From: an uncultured Gemmatimonadales bacterium
Lineage (GTDB): Bacteria; Gemmatimonadota; Gemmatimonadetes; Longimicrobiales; RSA9
Direction: 5' to 3'
DNA: 64,000 nt
Assembly: GCA_963798085.1 (NCBI GenBank)
Contig: CAWCRS010000003.1
Span: 544,001 to 608,000 of the forward strand
In this document: piece by piece, positions 8,683-18,856 of the stretch
How positions within the stretch are numbered: position 1 is the stretch's first letter
How the letters are laid out: each line of letters opens with the position of its first letter
Translations under genes and position numbers: made by a program
The notes under the pieces: generated by a model
The model's database searches: none
What the model was told of the DNA's origin: nothing
The model's input: the letters and a program-made list of their open reading frames with translations, nothing else

Positions 8683-9978
8683 TCAGCGCTCGAGCACCAT
8701 GGCGAAGCCGAGCGCACCGGCAGCACACACCGTGACAAGGCCCAGGCCGATCCCTCGCCGCTGCATCTCGCGGAGCAGTGTAATGGTGAGCCTGCCGCCG
8801 GTGGCGCCGAACGGATGACCGATGGCGATGCTGCCTCCCATTACGTTGATCCGATCTTCCGGCAGGATGCCGACCTTGTGGTCGCGGCCCAGCTCGCGGC
8901 GCGCGAACTCGTCTGAATCGAGCGCCTGCAGGTTGGACAGAACCTGGGCTGCGAACGCCTCGTGCATTTCCCACAACTCGATGTCGGCCATGGTGACACC
9001 CGCGCGGTCGAGCGCCAGCGGAGCCGCGTAGGCGGGACCCTGCAGCAACTGGCCCGAAGGCGCGAGCGCCGTGTACGCCCAGCTGCGCAGGTAGCCGAGC
9101 GGCTCGTAACCCAGGGCTTTCGCCTTCTCCTCGCTCATCAGCAGTACTGCGGATGCCCCATCGGTGAGGGGCGATGAATTGCCCGCGGTCACGGATCCGT
9201 AGCGGCGATCGAACACAGGAGGAAGCGCAGCCAGCTTCTCGAGTGATGTGTCGGCGCGGATGCCATTGTCTTCCGTGACCACCTGCGAGTAGTCCGGAGG
9301 TACGTAGGCGGGCACGATCTCCTGCCTGAGCCGGCCATCCGCCGTGCCCTGCTGCGCCAGCTGGTGCGAGCGCAGGGCCCAGCGATCCTGCGCCTCGCGC
9401 GTGATGCCGTTCTCCTTGGCCATACGCTCGGCGCTCTCGCCCATCGACTCGCCAGTCGACGGCTCGGCAATGGCGGGAGCGACAGGGGCGAGGTCGCGGG
9501 GACGGAGGGAGGCGAGGGCGCGGATGCGCGCGGTCATGGTCCTGGCTTTGGACGCGCTGAGCAGCGCGTTGCGCAAGCGCCGTGAGAGCAGCATTGGCAC
9601 ATTGGAAAGCACTTCAGTACCACCTGCGATGATCGCATCCGCGTAACCGATCTGGATGGTTTCCGCGGCCGATGTGATGGCCTGGTTGGCAGACGAGCAC
9701 GCGCGGCTGACCGTGTACGCCGTGACGGTCGGCGGCAGCCCGGCGGCGAGGCCCACTTCCCGTGCTACGTTGGGAGCCTGGATGGGCGGCACGACGATGC
9801 CGTAGACCAGCTCATCGACCTGATCCGGCGGCAATGCTGTGCGCCCGAGCAGCTCGCGGACTGCGAGCTTGCCGAGATCGATTGGCGACATGTCGCGGAA
9901 TGCGGTTCCGGCACGCGCGAAGGGAGTGCGGCAGCCGTCCACCACCGCCACTCTCCGGCCCACCCTGTTGCCAGCCAT
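8683..9978 (-). CDS. fadI: Acetyl-CoA C-acyltransferase (3-ketoacyl-CoA thiolase)
   Basis: RTPF, SRACSS, MHEAFAAQ, GGSIAIGHPFGATG, CAAGALG. Confidence 0.92.
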   Translation of the reverse strand: MAGNRVGRRVAVVDGCRTPFARAGTAFRDMSPIDLGKLAVRELLGRTALPPDQVDELVYGIVVPPIQAPNVAREVGLAAGLPPTVTAYTVSRACSSANQAITSAAETIQIGYADAIIAGGTEVLSNVPMLLSRRLRNALLSASKARTMTARIRALASLRPRDLAPVAPAIAEPSTGESMGESAERMAKENGITREAQDRWALRSHQLAQQGTADGRLRQEIVPAYVPPDYSQVVTEDNGIRADTSLEKLAALPPVFDRRYGSVTAGNSSPLTDGASAVLLMSEEKAKALGYEPLGYLRSWAYTALAPSGQLLQGPAYAAPLALDRAGVTMADIELWEMHEAFAAQVLSNLQALDSDEFARRELGRDHKVGILPEDRINVMGGSIAIGHPFGATGGRLTITLLREMQRRGIGLGLVTVCAAGALGFAMVLER

Positions 9979-10142
9979 CCGGTATCCTCACCTTCAGTCG
10001 ATGGGCATCCTTGCCTGCTTGCATGTTCGCACGCCCGTGAAGAGGCGCGCAACCGCTCTTCATTTCCCTTGCGTTGCGATTCCGGCGCGTCCCATCATCG
10101 GCCGTCCGAACGCACTGGGACCGCCCGTTTCAGCAGCCGGAA

Positions 10143-11369
10143 ATGGAATACCGTAAAGCCAGACGCTCCGAGGTTCGCGCGGTGGCCGAATTGTGGGTGC
10201 ACTCGTTTCCGGGTGACCGCTCGCTCGCGGAGCGCATGCAGGTGCTGGAAATGGCGGGCCAGCACGGGGGCATCGAAACCGTGCTGGTGGCGGAGGAGGG
10301 AGGCCGGCTGGCGGGTGCGCTCAAGGTCACGCCGTTCACGCAGTATCTGGGTGGCGCGGCGTTGCCGGCGATGGGGCTCGCGGCCGTCGGTATCGCGACC
10401 TGGGCGCGGCGAGAAGGCCTGGGTTCCGCGCTGTGTCGTTATGCGCTCGAGGTTTCGCATGACCGCGGCCAGGTGGTGAGCCTGCTGTTTCCGTTCCGGC
10501 CGGAGTTCTATCGCAGGCTGGGCTGGGGAATGGTGGGCGAGCTGCACGAGTATCGTTTTGCGCCGGAGCAGTTGCCTGCGGTTCTGGACGGCGGCGTGCG
10601 GCTGGCTTCGCCGGCCGACATGCCAGCGGTCTGGGAGTGCTACGACCGCGTGGCGCGTGCCTCTCAAGGCATGATCGCGCGCGACGAATTCCTGTGGAAG
10701 CGCCATATCGATCAGCCCGCGACGCACGTCTTCCTTGCCGAGCAGGATGTGGTGCGGGGCTACATGGTGGTTCGTTATGCGCGCGCACGCAGTGCGGACC
10801 GCCGGCCTCTTGTCGTGAAGGAGGTGGTAGCGGAGAACGACCTGGCGCGCGACCTGCTCTGGTCATGGGTTTCGCGGCAGCGCGATCTCTGGCGCCGCAT
10901 CCGGTACGATGCGCCACCGGACGAGCATTTCGGATTGCGACTCATTGATCCTCGCCCGGTGGGCTATCGGCCCGCCCGCTGGCTCTGGGCGCGCGTGGCG
11001 AGGGTGATTCGCGGGCCGATGCTGCGGATCGTCAATGTCGCCGAGGCATTCACGACTCGCCTGCAATGGGGACCAGCCCCACCCTTCACGTTCCTGCTCG
11101 ATGTGCGGGACGATGTTCTACCTCAGAATCGCCGCTGCTGGCGGGTCTCTTTCAATGGCCAGCGGGTGGGGATGGGAGAAGCAGACGCGGTGGCTGCGGC
11201 CGATGCGCAGCTTGCTGTGGATCCGGCGACGCTGGCCCAGTTGTATGCTGGCGAACTGGATGTCAGCGCCGCGCGGAGCCTGGGCCGGGCGCACGTCCAG
11301 GGCGACATTGCGTCCCTGAACGCCTTCTTCCGGCCTGCATTGGGTTTCCGTCTGCTGGACGAATTCTGA
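10143..11369 (+). CDS. Eis-like GNAT acetyltransferase with C-terminal SCP2-like domain
   Basis: VG...WARREGLGSAL, SLLFPF..EFYRRLGW, MLRIVNV, C-terminal DEF. Start reassigned to ATG 10143. Confidence 0.88.
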   Translation: MEYRKARRSEVRAVAELWVHSFPGDRSLAERMQVLEMAGQHGGIETVLVAEEGGRLAGALKVTPFTQYLGGAALPAMGLAAVGIATWARREGLGSALCRYALEVSHDRGQVVSLLFPFRPEFYRRLGWGMVGELHEYRFAPEQLPAVLDGGVRLASPADMPAVWECYDRVARASQGMIARDEFLWKRHIDQPATHVFLAEQDVVRGYMVVRYARARSADRRPLVVKEVVAENDLARDLLWSWVSRQRDLWRRIRYDAPPDEHFGLRLIDPRPVGYRPARWLWARVARVIRGPMLRIVNVAEAFTTRLQWGPAPPFTFLLDVRDDVLPQNRRCWRVSFNGQRVGMGEADAVAAADAQLAVDPATLAQLYAGELDVSAARSLGRAHVQGDIASLNAFFRPALGFRLLDEF

Positions 11370-11382
11370 CAAGGGGACGCGC

Positions 11383-11991
11383 GTGGCAATCGAAGCTCTC
11401 TTCTGGGATGTTGGCGGCGTCCTGCTGAGCAACGGCTGGGACCGGGTGGCGCGCGAGCGGGCAGCTGCCCGGTTCGGCCTGGACGCAGTCGAGCTGGCTG
11501 ACCGGCACGAGATGATGGTGCATGATCTGGAGACGGGCCAGATCTCGTTCGATGCCTATCTCAAGGCCATCGTCTTCTATCGCGAGCGCTCCTTCACGCA
11601 CGAGGCCTTCTTCGATTTCGTGCGGCACCAGTCGCAGGCGATTCCGGAGGTGCTGGCGCTGGCGAGGGCGGTTGGCGCAACCGGCCGCTGGCTCATGTGC
11701 ACGATCAACAATGAATCACGCGAGCTGAACGAGTATCGCATTCGCCAGTTCGATCTGCGCAGCCTGTTCCCGTTCTTCGTCAGCTCGTGCTACGTGGGTG
11801 TACGGAAGCCGGAAGAGCGCATTTACCGGCTGGCTCTCGAGCTGACGCAGCGCGAGGCGCCGAACTGCGTGATGATCGACGATCGGGCGTTGAACCTCGA
11901 GCATGCGAAACGGCTGGGGCTGCACACAGTACAGTGCGAGAATGCGGAGCAGGTGCGGCGGGCGCTGGAAGAACTGGGCGTCTCAGCCTGA
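11383..11991 (+). CDS. HAD-superfamily phosphatase
   Basis: FWDVGGVL motif I, KPE, MIDDR..N motif IV. Confidence 0.9.
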   Translation: MAIEALFWDVGGVLLSNGWDRVARERAAARFGLDAVELADRHEMMVHDLETGQISFDAYLKAIVFYRERSFTHEAFFDFVRHQSQAIPEVLALARAVGATGRWLMCTINNESRELNEYRIRQFDLRSLFPFFVSSCYVGVRKPEERIYRLALELTQREAPNCVMIDDRALNLEHAKRLGLHTVQCENAEQVRRALEELGVSA

Positions 11992-11993
11992 GG

Positions 11994-12440
11994 TCAGCCT
12001 TCCTTCAACGCTACGTCGAGCGCGTTCCAGCCGAGCAGCGCACATTTCACGCGCACCGGGAAGCGACTCACGCCGCTGAGTGCGCGCAGATCTCCGAGGG
12101 CCTTGTCGTGCGCCGCGTCGGCGTCACCGTGCATCAAAGCCGTGAACCGCTCGATCAGCTGTTTCGCTTCGGCGCGCGTCTTCCCGCGCAGCAGCTGAGT
12201 CATCATGGAAATCGACGCCTGCGAGATGGAGCACCCCTCGCCCACGAAGCGTGCTTCCTGAACGCGGTCGTTCTCGATCCGGAGCTGCAGCCAGACCTCA
12301 TCGCCACACGTGGGGTTGTTCATGTGCACGTGGCTGGTGGCGCCGGGCAGCTCACCCTTGTTGCGCGGGTGTTTGTAGTGCTCGAGGATGAGCTCCTGAT
12401 AGAGCGAACCGAGAGCGGGTGTGCTGCGGTCGATGGTCAT
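11994..12440 (-). CDS. sufU: SUF system NifU/IscU-like sulfur-transfer protein
   Basis: LYQELILEHYKHPRN, NPTCGD, GCSISQAS, FPVRVKCALL; ATG 12440. Confidence 0.93.
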   Translation of the reverse strand: MTIDRSTPALGSLYQELILEHYKHPRNKGELPGATSHVHMNNPTCGDEVWLQLRIENDRVQEARFVGEGCSISQASISMMTQLLRGKTRAEAKQLIERFTALMHGDADAAHDKALGDLRALSGVSRFPVRVKCALLGWNALDVALKEG

Positions 12441-12595
12441 GCGCACAATGTCGCGGCACAGTCGGGCACGGTCAAACCCTGCACCTGGCGGCGGCTTGCG
12501 GCGGGAAGCGCGCCGGAGAATCGATTGAACGGCGTCGCCTGCCGAAACAGTCCACTGCCCAAGAGTACCGGGGTCGCGCACGCGAGTGAGGATCG

Positions 12596-13303
12596 ATGAG
12601 TGAAGGTGAAGGCAACGGCCTGCCGGTGCGCTACAGCGATCTCGAGGTAACGCAGATCCTGCGGCGCGCGGTGGAGCTGCAGGAGAAGGAGGGCGCCGGC
12701 GGCGGCGGCGCCGGTCTGACGCTCGAGCAGTTGCAGGATATTGCGCGCGACGTGGGTGTGGATCCGCGGTTCGTGCAGGATGCGGCCCGCTCGCTGGTAC
12801 GGACGCGGCGCAATGGCAGGCTGCTGGGCGGTCCGACCGAGTTCCATTTCGTGCAGATCCTGCCGCAGGGCTACGATCCGGCCCGCACCCAGGCGATGAT
12901 CGACGAGATCCGGACCGTGATGGGCAGGCACGGCAGGGTGGCGGAGGTAGCTGACGCGCTCGAGTGGCAGGCGAGGGACGCGGGCGGCGGCACGTTCGTG
13001 TCGGTGAGCCGCGTGGGACATGAAACACGCGCGCGCGTGATCGGCATTCGCACGGAGGCGTGCGTTACCGTCTACATGGTGTTTGGCTGTGTGGCGCTGC
13101 TGGGCAGCATTGCCGCGGGCCGGCTGCTCATCGGGTTCGGTGCTGCCGGCTCGTTGCTGGGCGCAGTGTTGGTGACTGGGAGCGCGTGGCTGGGTGCGCG
13201 CGCGCTATGGACCCGCATCGCGCGCCGCTGGGATCGGCGGCTGCGACTGTTGCTGCGATCGGTGGTGGAGGTCCTCAAGCCGGATTCCGCCAGCGACAAC
13301 TGA
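12596..13303 (+). CDS. Hypothetical membrane protein (two C-terminal TM helices)
   Basis: RYSDLEVTQILRRAVELQ, GLTLEQLQDIARDVGVDP; GAGG RBS; fills the sufS-sufU gap on the opposite strand. Confidence 0.7.
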   Translation: MSEGEGNGLPVRYSDLEVTQILRRAVELQEKEGAGGGGAGLTLEQLQDIARDVGVDPRFVQDAARSLVRTRRNGRLLGGPTEFHFVQILPQGYDPARTQAMIDEIRTVMGRHGRVAEVADALEWQARDAGGGTFVSVSRVGHETRARVIGIRTEACVTVYMVFGCVALLGSIAAGRLLIGFGAAGSLLGAVLVTGSAWLGARALWTRIARRWDRRLRLLLRSVVEVLKPDSASDN

Positions 13304-13391
13304 TGCGCAAACGTGCGCTTCGAGCGCGCGGTCTTCTAACGACCAGCTAGTCCGCGTCAGCACGCGCACGACGGGGGGGGCGGCGGCCGGC

Positions 13392-14636
13392 TCAGCCTGC
13401 GAAGATGCGTCGGGCTTCGCGCAGCGCTTCCACCAGCCGGTCGATTTCATCCGTGGTGTTGTACAGGTAGAAGGATGCGCGTGTGGTGGCGGGTACACGC
13501 AGGCGACGCATGAGCAGCTGCGTGCAGTGGTGACCGGCACGCACGGCAATGTTGTGCGAGTCGAGCACAGTCGCGACATCGTGCGGATGCACGCCCTCGA
13601 GTGCGAAGGAGAACACCGCAGCCCTTGCCTCGGGATCAACCGGGCCGAAGAGGGTAAGCCCGGAAACGGCGGGCAGACGCTCGAGCGCGTAGCGCGACAG
13701 TTCCTGCTCGTGTGCCCAGAGCGCGTCGTGACCGATGCCCTCGAGGAAGCGGGCGGCTGTCGCCATGGCGACTGCGCCGGCGCCGTTCGGTGTTCCCGCC
13801 TCGAACTTGTGCGGTACTTCCGCCCAGGTAGCGGAATCCAGCTGCACCACATCGATCATCTCGCCGCCACCCTGCCAGGGCGGCATCTGCTGAAGCAGCT
13901 CCCGCCTGCCCCACAGCGCACCAATGCCCATGGGCCCGCACATCTTGTGGCTGGAGAAGGCGTAGAAGTCGCAGCCCAGCGCCTGCACATCGACCTTCAC
14001 GTGCGGCGCGCCCTGCGCGCCGTCTACCACAACCAGGGCGCCGTTCTCGTGCGCCAGGTCCGCAATCTCGCGCACGGGGTGGATCGTACCCAGCGAATTC
14101 GAGATGTGGCCGATGGCGACGACGCGCGTCCTGCGTGACAACAGCGAGCGGAACTGGTCGAGGCGCAGGCGACCCTGTTCATCGATGTCGATGTAGCGGA
14201 TGCTCGCGCCGGTACGCTGCGCAATGAGCTGCCAGGGAATGATGTTGGAATGGTGCTCGAGCACACTGAGCACGATTTCGTCGCCTTGCTTCAGTTCGGC
14301 ACCTCCCCACGCGGCCGCCACGAGGTTGATCCCCTCGGTGGTACCGCGAACGAAGATCAGCTCATGCGCATCGGGCGCATTGATGAAACGGGCGAGTGTG
14401 CGGCGTGCGCCTTCGTAGTGGTCGGTGGCTCGACGTGCAAGGTCGTACAGGCCGCGATGCACGTTGGCGTTGTCCTGCCGGTAGAAATCTGCCTCGGCAC
14501 TGATCACGACTTCGGGTTTCTGCGATGTTGCGGCACTGTCCAGGTAGACCAGCGGCTGGCCGCCGGAGGTCTGGGCGAGCAGCGGAAAGCTGGCGCGCAG
14601 GGCCTGCACATCGAATGGTGCGACGGTGGTGGGCAT
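13392..14636 (-). CDS. sufS: Cysteine desulfurase
   Basis: YLDSAATSQKP, NVHRG, EHHSN, SSHKM, RAGHHC. Confidence 0.96.
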   Translation of the reverse strand: MPTTVAPFDVQALRASFPLLAQTSGGQPLVYLDSAATSQKPEVVISAEADFYRQDNANVHRGLYDLARRATDHYEGARRTLARFINAPDAHELIFVRGTTEGINLVAAAWGGAELKQGDEIVLSVLEHHSNIIPWQLIAQRTGASIRYIDIDEQGRLRLDQFRSLLSRRTRVVAIGHISNSLGTIHPVREIADLAHENGALVVVDGAQGAPHVKVDVQALGCDFYAFSSHKMCGPMGIGALWGRRELLQQMPPWQGGGEMIDVVQLDSATWAEVPHKFEAGTPNGAGAVAMATAARFLEGIGHDALWAHEQELSRYALERLPAVSGLTLFGPVDPEARAAVFSFALEGVHPHDVATVLDSHNIAVRAGHHCTQLLMRRLRVPATTRASFYLYNTTDEIDRLVEALREARRIFAG

Positions 14637-14655
14637 AATGCCGATCCTCTCTACT

Positions 14656-14964
14656 TCAGAGGGCGACGAGTATGTCGTCGCCTTCGATTCTCACTTCATA
14701 CCTGCGCAGCGGTTTGATGGCCGGGAGCCGCACGGCGCGACCGGTTGTGAGGTCGAACTGGGCGCCGTGCCAGGCGCACTCGAGACGCGAACCTTCGAGT
14801 GTGCCGCTGTGCATGGGGAAATCCTTGTGCGTGCAGTTGTCCTGGAACGCGTAGACCGTGCCATCCGTGTTGGCCAGGCAGACTGCGACACCGTTCACCT
14901 CGACGCCACGCAGCGTCCCGGGCGGCAGCTCGACGAGCGAGGCGACGCGTACGAAGCCGGACAC
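14656..14964 (-). CDS. Rieske-type [2Fe-2S] ferredoxin in suf operon
   Basis: CTH...CAWH Rieske motif. Confidence 0.92.
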   Translation of the reverse strand: MSGFVRVASLVELPPGTLRGVEVNGVAVCLANTDGTVYAFQDNCTHKDFPMHSGTLEGSRLECAWHGAQFDLTTGRAVRLPAIKPLRRYEVRIEGDDILVAL

Positions 14965-14969
14965 CCGCG

Positions 14970-16313
14970 TCAGCCGATCTTCGCCTCGATGGCCGCGCGC
15001 AGTTCCCGCACGACAGCGGGAAGCGGCAGCCGGTCCAGCACATCATCATAGAAGCCGAATACCACGAGGCGCTCCGCTTCACGCCGCGGAATGCCGCGAC
15101 TCATGATGTAGAACAGCTCTTCCGCATCGAGATGCCCTACCGTGGCGGCGTGCGAGCAGCGCACGTCGTCGGCCTCGATCTCGAGGTTGGGCAGGGAAGT
15201 GGCTTCCGCCTGGCGCGACAGGATCAGGTTGCGATTGGTCTGGTACGCATCGGTACGCTGCGCACCCGGCCACACCTTGATCAGGCCACGGAAAATGGCG
15301 CGCGAGCGACCGTCCAGCGCGCCCTTGTAGAGCAGGTCGCTGGAGGCGTGCGGCACGCGGTGGTCCTGGCGCGTCTCGTGATCGAAATGCTGGTCATCGC
15401 GCGCGAAGTAGAGGCCAAGCAGGTCGCTGCGCGCGCCCGGTCCCTCGAGCGATGCACCCAGGTCCACGCGCGCCACGGTCGCACCGAGGTTGACGACGAG
15501 CGTGTCCAGGCTCGCGTCACGCTTCGCGACGGTGCGCTGCGTGCCCATGTGACGGACACCGCGACCCCACTGCTGCAGACCCACGTACTGCACTTCGGCC
15601 GCCGTGCCGGCATGAATCTCGACAACGCCGCAGGCGAACACCGGCTGCTCGAAATCGGGTGACGCGTATTCCTCGACCACACTCACATGGCTGCCCTCAC
15701 CGGCAACGATGAGCGTGCGCGGGAAATACGCCTGGCCCGCACCATCGACCCAGCGCAGGATGCGCACAGGCTGCTCGAGACGGACGCCGCGCGGCACGTA
15801 GAGAAAGACCCCGGCGCTCCAGAAGGCTGCATTCAGAGCGGCGAACTTGCCGGTCTCCGGCGGGGCGCAGACGCCGAGGTGCGCGCGGATCATTGAGGCG
15901 CGATCCAGCGCCGCCTCGGTGATCGACTGCAGGACCACGCCGTGCGCGCGCTGCTCGAGGTCGAGCTCGATTGAAACGAGTCCGCCATTCGCGGAAACCA
16001 CGCGACCGACGGCGGGCTTCTCTGCGAACCGCGCTGTCAGCGCAGCCGGTACTTCGCCCGGCTGATCACCGGCCAGCGCCACGGCATCCCAGCGCAGCAG
16101 CCGAGGATCGGTGTAGCGCCATTCTTCCAGGCGTGTCGTCGGCAGCGGCAGGTGCTCGTAGGCCTGCCACGCGGACAGTCGGGTGTCCGCCAGCCAGTCG
16201 GGCTGGGCACCCAGGCGGGCGCGCAGATTCGCTTCATTGAACGCGGCCGTGATGCCTTCCGCGGCAACGGCGCGCGGGGCATCGGTGGACGCGGCTGCCA
16301 CCTTATCCAACAC
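14970..16313 (-). CDS. sufD: Fe-S cluster assembly protein SufD
   Basis: [34 protein letters not shown]. Confidence 0.94.
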   Translation of the reverse strand: MLDKVAAASTDAPRAVAAEGITAAFNEANLRARLGAQPDWLADTRLSAWQAYEHLPLPTTRLEEWRYTDPRLLRWDAVALAGDQPGEVPAALTARFAEKPAVGRVVSANGGLVSIELDLEQRAHGVVLQSITEAALDRASMIRAHLGVCAPPETGKFAALNAAFWSAGVFLYVPRGVRLEQPVRILRWVDGAGQAYFPRTLIVAGEGSHVSVVEEYASPDFEQPVFACGVVEIHAGTAAEVQYVGLQQWGRGVRHMGTQRTVAKRDASLDTLVVNLGATVARVDLGASLEGPGARSDLLGLYFARDDQHFDHETRQDHRVPHASSDLLYKGALDGRSRAIFRGLIKVWPGAQRTDAYQTNRNLILSRQAEATSLPNLEIEADDVRCSHAATVGHLDAEELFYIMSRGIPRREAERLVVFGFYDDVLDRLPLPAVVRELRAAIEAKIG

Positions 16314-17719
16314 TGCCCTCCATTCTCGAGTTCTATCAGCCGGTTCAGCTCGACGGCGTACTCGAGCGGCAGCTGACGCGAGATGGGTTCGATGAAGCCG
16401 CGCACGATCATGGCCGACGCCTCTTCTTCCGAGAGACCACGGCTCATCAGATAGAACAGCTGCTCGGCACCGATCTTCGAGACTGTGGCCTCGTGTCCGA
16501 CACTGGCGCTCTGCTCTTCGATCTCAATGTAGGGGAAGGTGTCGGTCCGGGCCTTCTCGTCGAGCAGCAGCGCATCGCATTCGACTTTCGACTTCGCGTC
16601 GTTCGATCCCTCGTAGATCTTGCACAGACCGCGATACGTGGCGCGCCCGCTGCCGCGCGAAATCGACTTCGAGATGATCTGCGACGTGGTGTGCGGCGCG
16701 GCATGCACCACCTTGCCGCCCGTGTCCAGGTGCTGGCCCGGGCCGGCGTAGGCAATCGACAGGATCTCGCCGTGCGCGCCCTCGCCCACCAGATAGCACG
16801 AGGGATACTTCATGGTCAGCTTGGAGCCGAGATTGCCATCCACCCATTCCATGGTGGCGCCTTCCTGCACGAGCGCGCGCTGCGTCACCAGGTTGTACAT
16901 GTTATGCGACCAGTTCTGAATGGTCACGTAGCGGAAGCGCGCATTGGGCTTGACGATGATCTCGATCACGCCGCTGTGGAACGATTCCGTCGAGTAGGCG
17001 GGCGCGGTGCAACCCTCGATGTACTGCGCCTGCGAACCTTCGTCGCAGATGATCAGGGTGCGCTCGAACTGACCCATCCGCTCCGCATTGACGCGGAAGT
17101 ACGCCTGCAGCGGAATGTCCACCGACACACCCTTGGGGATGTACACGAAGGAGCCGCCGGACCACACCGCCGAGTTGAGCGCCGCGAACTTGTTGTCGGC
17201 GATGGGCACGACCGTCGAGAAATACTCGCGGAACAGGTCCGGATAGAGACGCAGGCCGTCCTCAATGGATTCGAAGATGATGCCCTTCTCGGTCCACTCC
17301 TTCTTGAGCGAGTGGTAGACCATTTCCGACTCGTACTGCGCACCCACGCCAGCCAGCACCTTCCGCTCAGCCTCGGGGATGCCGAGCTTTTCGAAGGTGT
17401 CCTTGATCTCCTGCGGCACATCATCCCAGGAGCGTTCCATGTGCTCCTGCGGCTTGATGTAGTAGTAGATCTCGTCCATCACCGAATCGAGCTGGGACAG
17501 ATCGCCGCCCCAGGAAGGCATGGGCTTGGAGCGATAGACCTCGAGCGCCTTCAGGCGGAACTCGAGCATCCACTCGGGCTCACCCTTGTGCGCGGAGATC
17601 TGACGGACGACCTCTTCGCTCAGGCCTTTCTGTGCCTTGAAGACCGACGTGCCTCCGGTGACGAAGCCGTACTTGTACTCTTCGAGGCCCAGCTCAGCGA
17701 CTGTTTCGTTCTGCGGCAT
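16303..17719 (-). CDS. sufB: Fe-S cluster assembly protein SufB (1-nt frameshift near C-terminus, probable sequencing error)
   Basis: [32 protein letters not shown]. Removing one A at ~16323 restores the conserved end LIELEMEGSVG*. Confidence 0.95.
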
Positions 17720-17797
17720 GTGCTCCTCCTGTTCCAGGCCTCGGCGCAAACCTGCGCAACAACGCCCGAACGGGAACGGGAAACGGCTTTTCTCTCT

Positions 17798-18565
17798 TCA
17801 GGCGGTTACGGTCTCACGGAACGCTTCGTAGCCGCCTGCCTCCAGCTCGTGCGCGAGCTCGGCGCCACCGGAACGCACAATGCGCCCGCTCACCATCACG
17901 TGCACGCGGTCCGGCGTGATGTAGTTCAGTATGCGCTGGTAATGCGTGATCAGCAGCACAGTCATGTCGGGGCGCTCATTCTTGATGCGATTAATGCCCG
18001 TGGCCACGATCTTCAGCGCATCGATGTCCAGGCCCGAGTCGGTCTCATCCATGATGGCGAGGCGCGGTTCGAGCATGGCCAGCTGCAGGATTTCGTTGCG
18101 CTTCTTCTCGCCGCCGCTGAAGCCGTCGTTCACGGAGCGCTCGGCAAACGAAGGGTCCATGTCGAGCATGCGCATGCGCGCGAGCAACGACTCCTGGAAC
18201 TCGAAAATGTCCAGCTCCTGGCCGGGGATGCGGGCCTGTACCGCGGCGCGCAGGAAATTGGCGATCGAAACGCCCGGGATGTCGACCGGATACTGAAAGG
18301 CGAGGAAGACGCCCTGACGCGCGCGCTCGTCGACTTCCAGCTCCAGCAGATTGCTGTCCCGATACCAGACCTCGCCATCGGTCACTTCGTACGCGGGATG
18401 CCCGGTGAGCACCTTGGCGAGCGTGCTCTTGCCCGAGCCATTCGGCCCCATGATCGCGTGGATCTGGCCGGCCTGGGCTTCAAGGTCGACGCCACGCAGG
18501 ATCTGGGTACCGTCCTCGGCTACAACAGCTTGCAAGTTGTTGATGCTCAGCAGGTTTTCGCTCAT
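17798..18565 (-). CDS. sufC: Fe-S cluster assembly ATPase SufC
   Basis: GPNGSGKST, FLAFQYP, FSGGEKKRNE, DETDSGLDIDAL, ITHYQR; ATG 18565. Confidence 0.96.
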   Translation of the reverse strand: MSENLLSINNLQAVVAEDGTQILRGVDLEAQAGQIHAIMGPNGSGKSTLAKVLTGHPAYEVTDGEVWYRDSNLLELEVDERARQGVFLAFQYPVDIPGVSIANFLRAAVQARIPGQELDIFEFQESLLARMRMLDMDPSFAERSVNDGFSGGEKKRNEILQLAMLEPRLAIMDETDSGLDIDALKIVATGINRIKNERPDMTVLLITHYQRILNYITPDRVHVMVSGRIVRSGGAELAHELEAGGYEAFRETVTA

Positions 18566-18601
18566 GCCCCGATCCTGTGGCTCGCCGGGGGGTTGGCGAG
18601 T

Positions 18602-18655
18602 CAAGAATGATTCTCCATTTCAACTAATGGTACCCGGCCGCCTGAGACGTGTCAA
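18602..18655 (-). promoter_or_regulatory. Sigma70 promoter of suf operon with downstream Fur-like box
   Basis: TTGACA (18655-18650), 17-nt spacer, TACCAT (18632-18627); GGAGAAT-C-ATTCTTG (18616-18602) resembles the 7-1-7 Fur/PerR repeat. Confidence 0.7.
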
Positions 18656-18856
18656 GCAAGCGTGAACGCGGCGGAACCATGGGGCTGGCGAGGCGGGGAG
18701 CGGACGGGACGAGCGTCGTCGCCTATACCATTCCGTGGCTTTCCGGCGACGGGTGCGAGACGGGCGGGGCGCATGATCCTGCGCTCGCAGGGGATGGGCG
18801 CAGCAAGGCGGGTGGCAGGGTCGGCGGTCACGGACACGCACGGAGAGGGAGGATCC

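Noticed and set aside
16037..16320. Novel C-terminal extension of SufB overlapping sufD
   Set aside because: Removing one base restores the conserved EMEGSVG* end.
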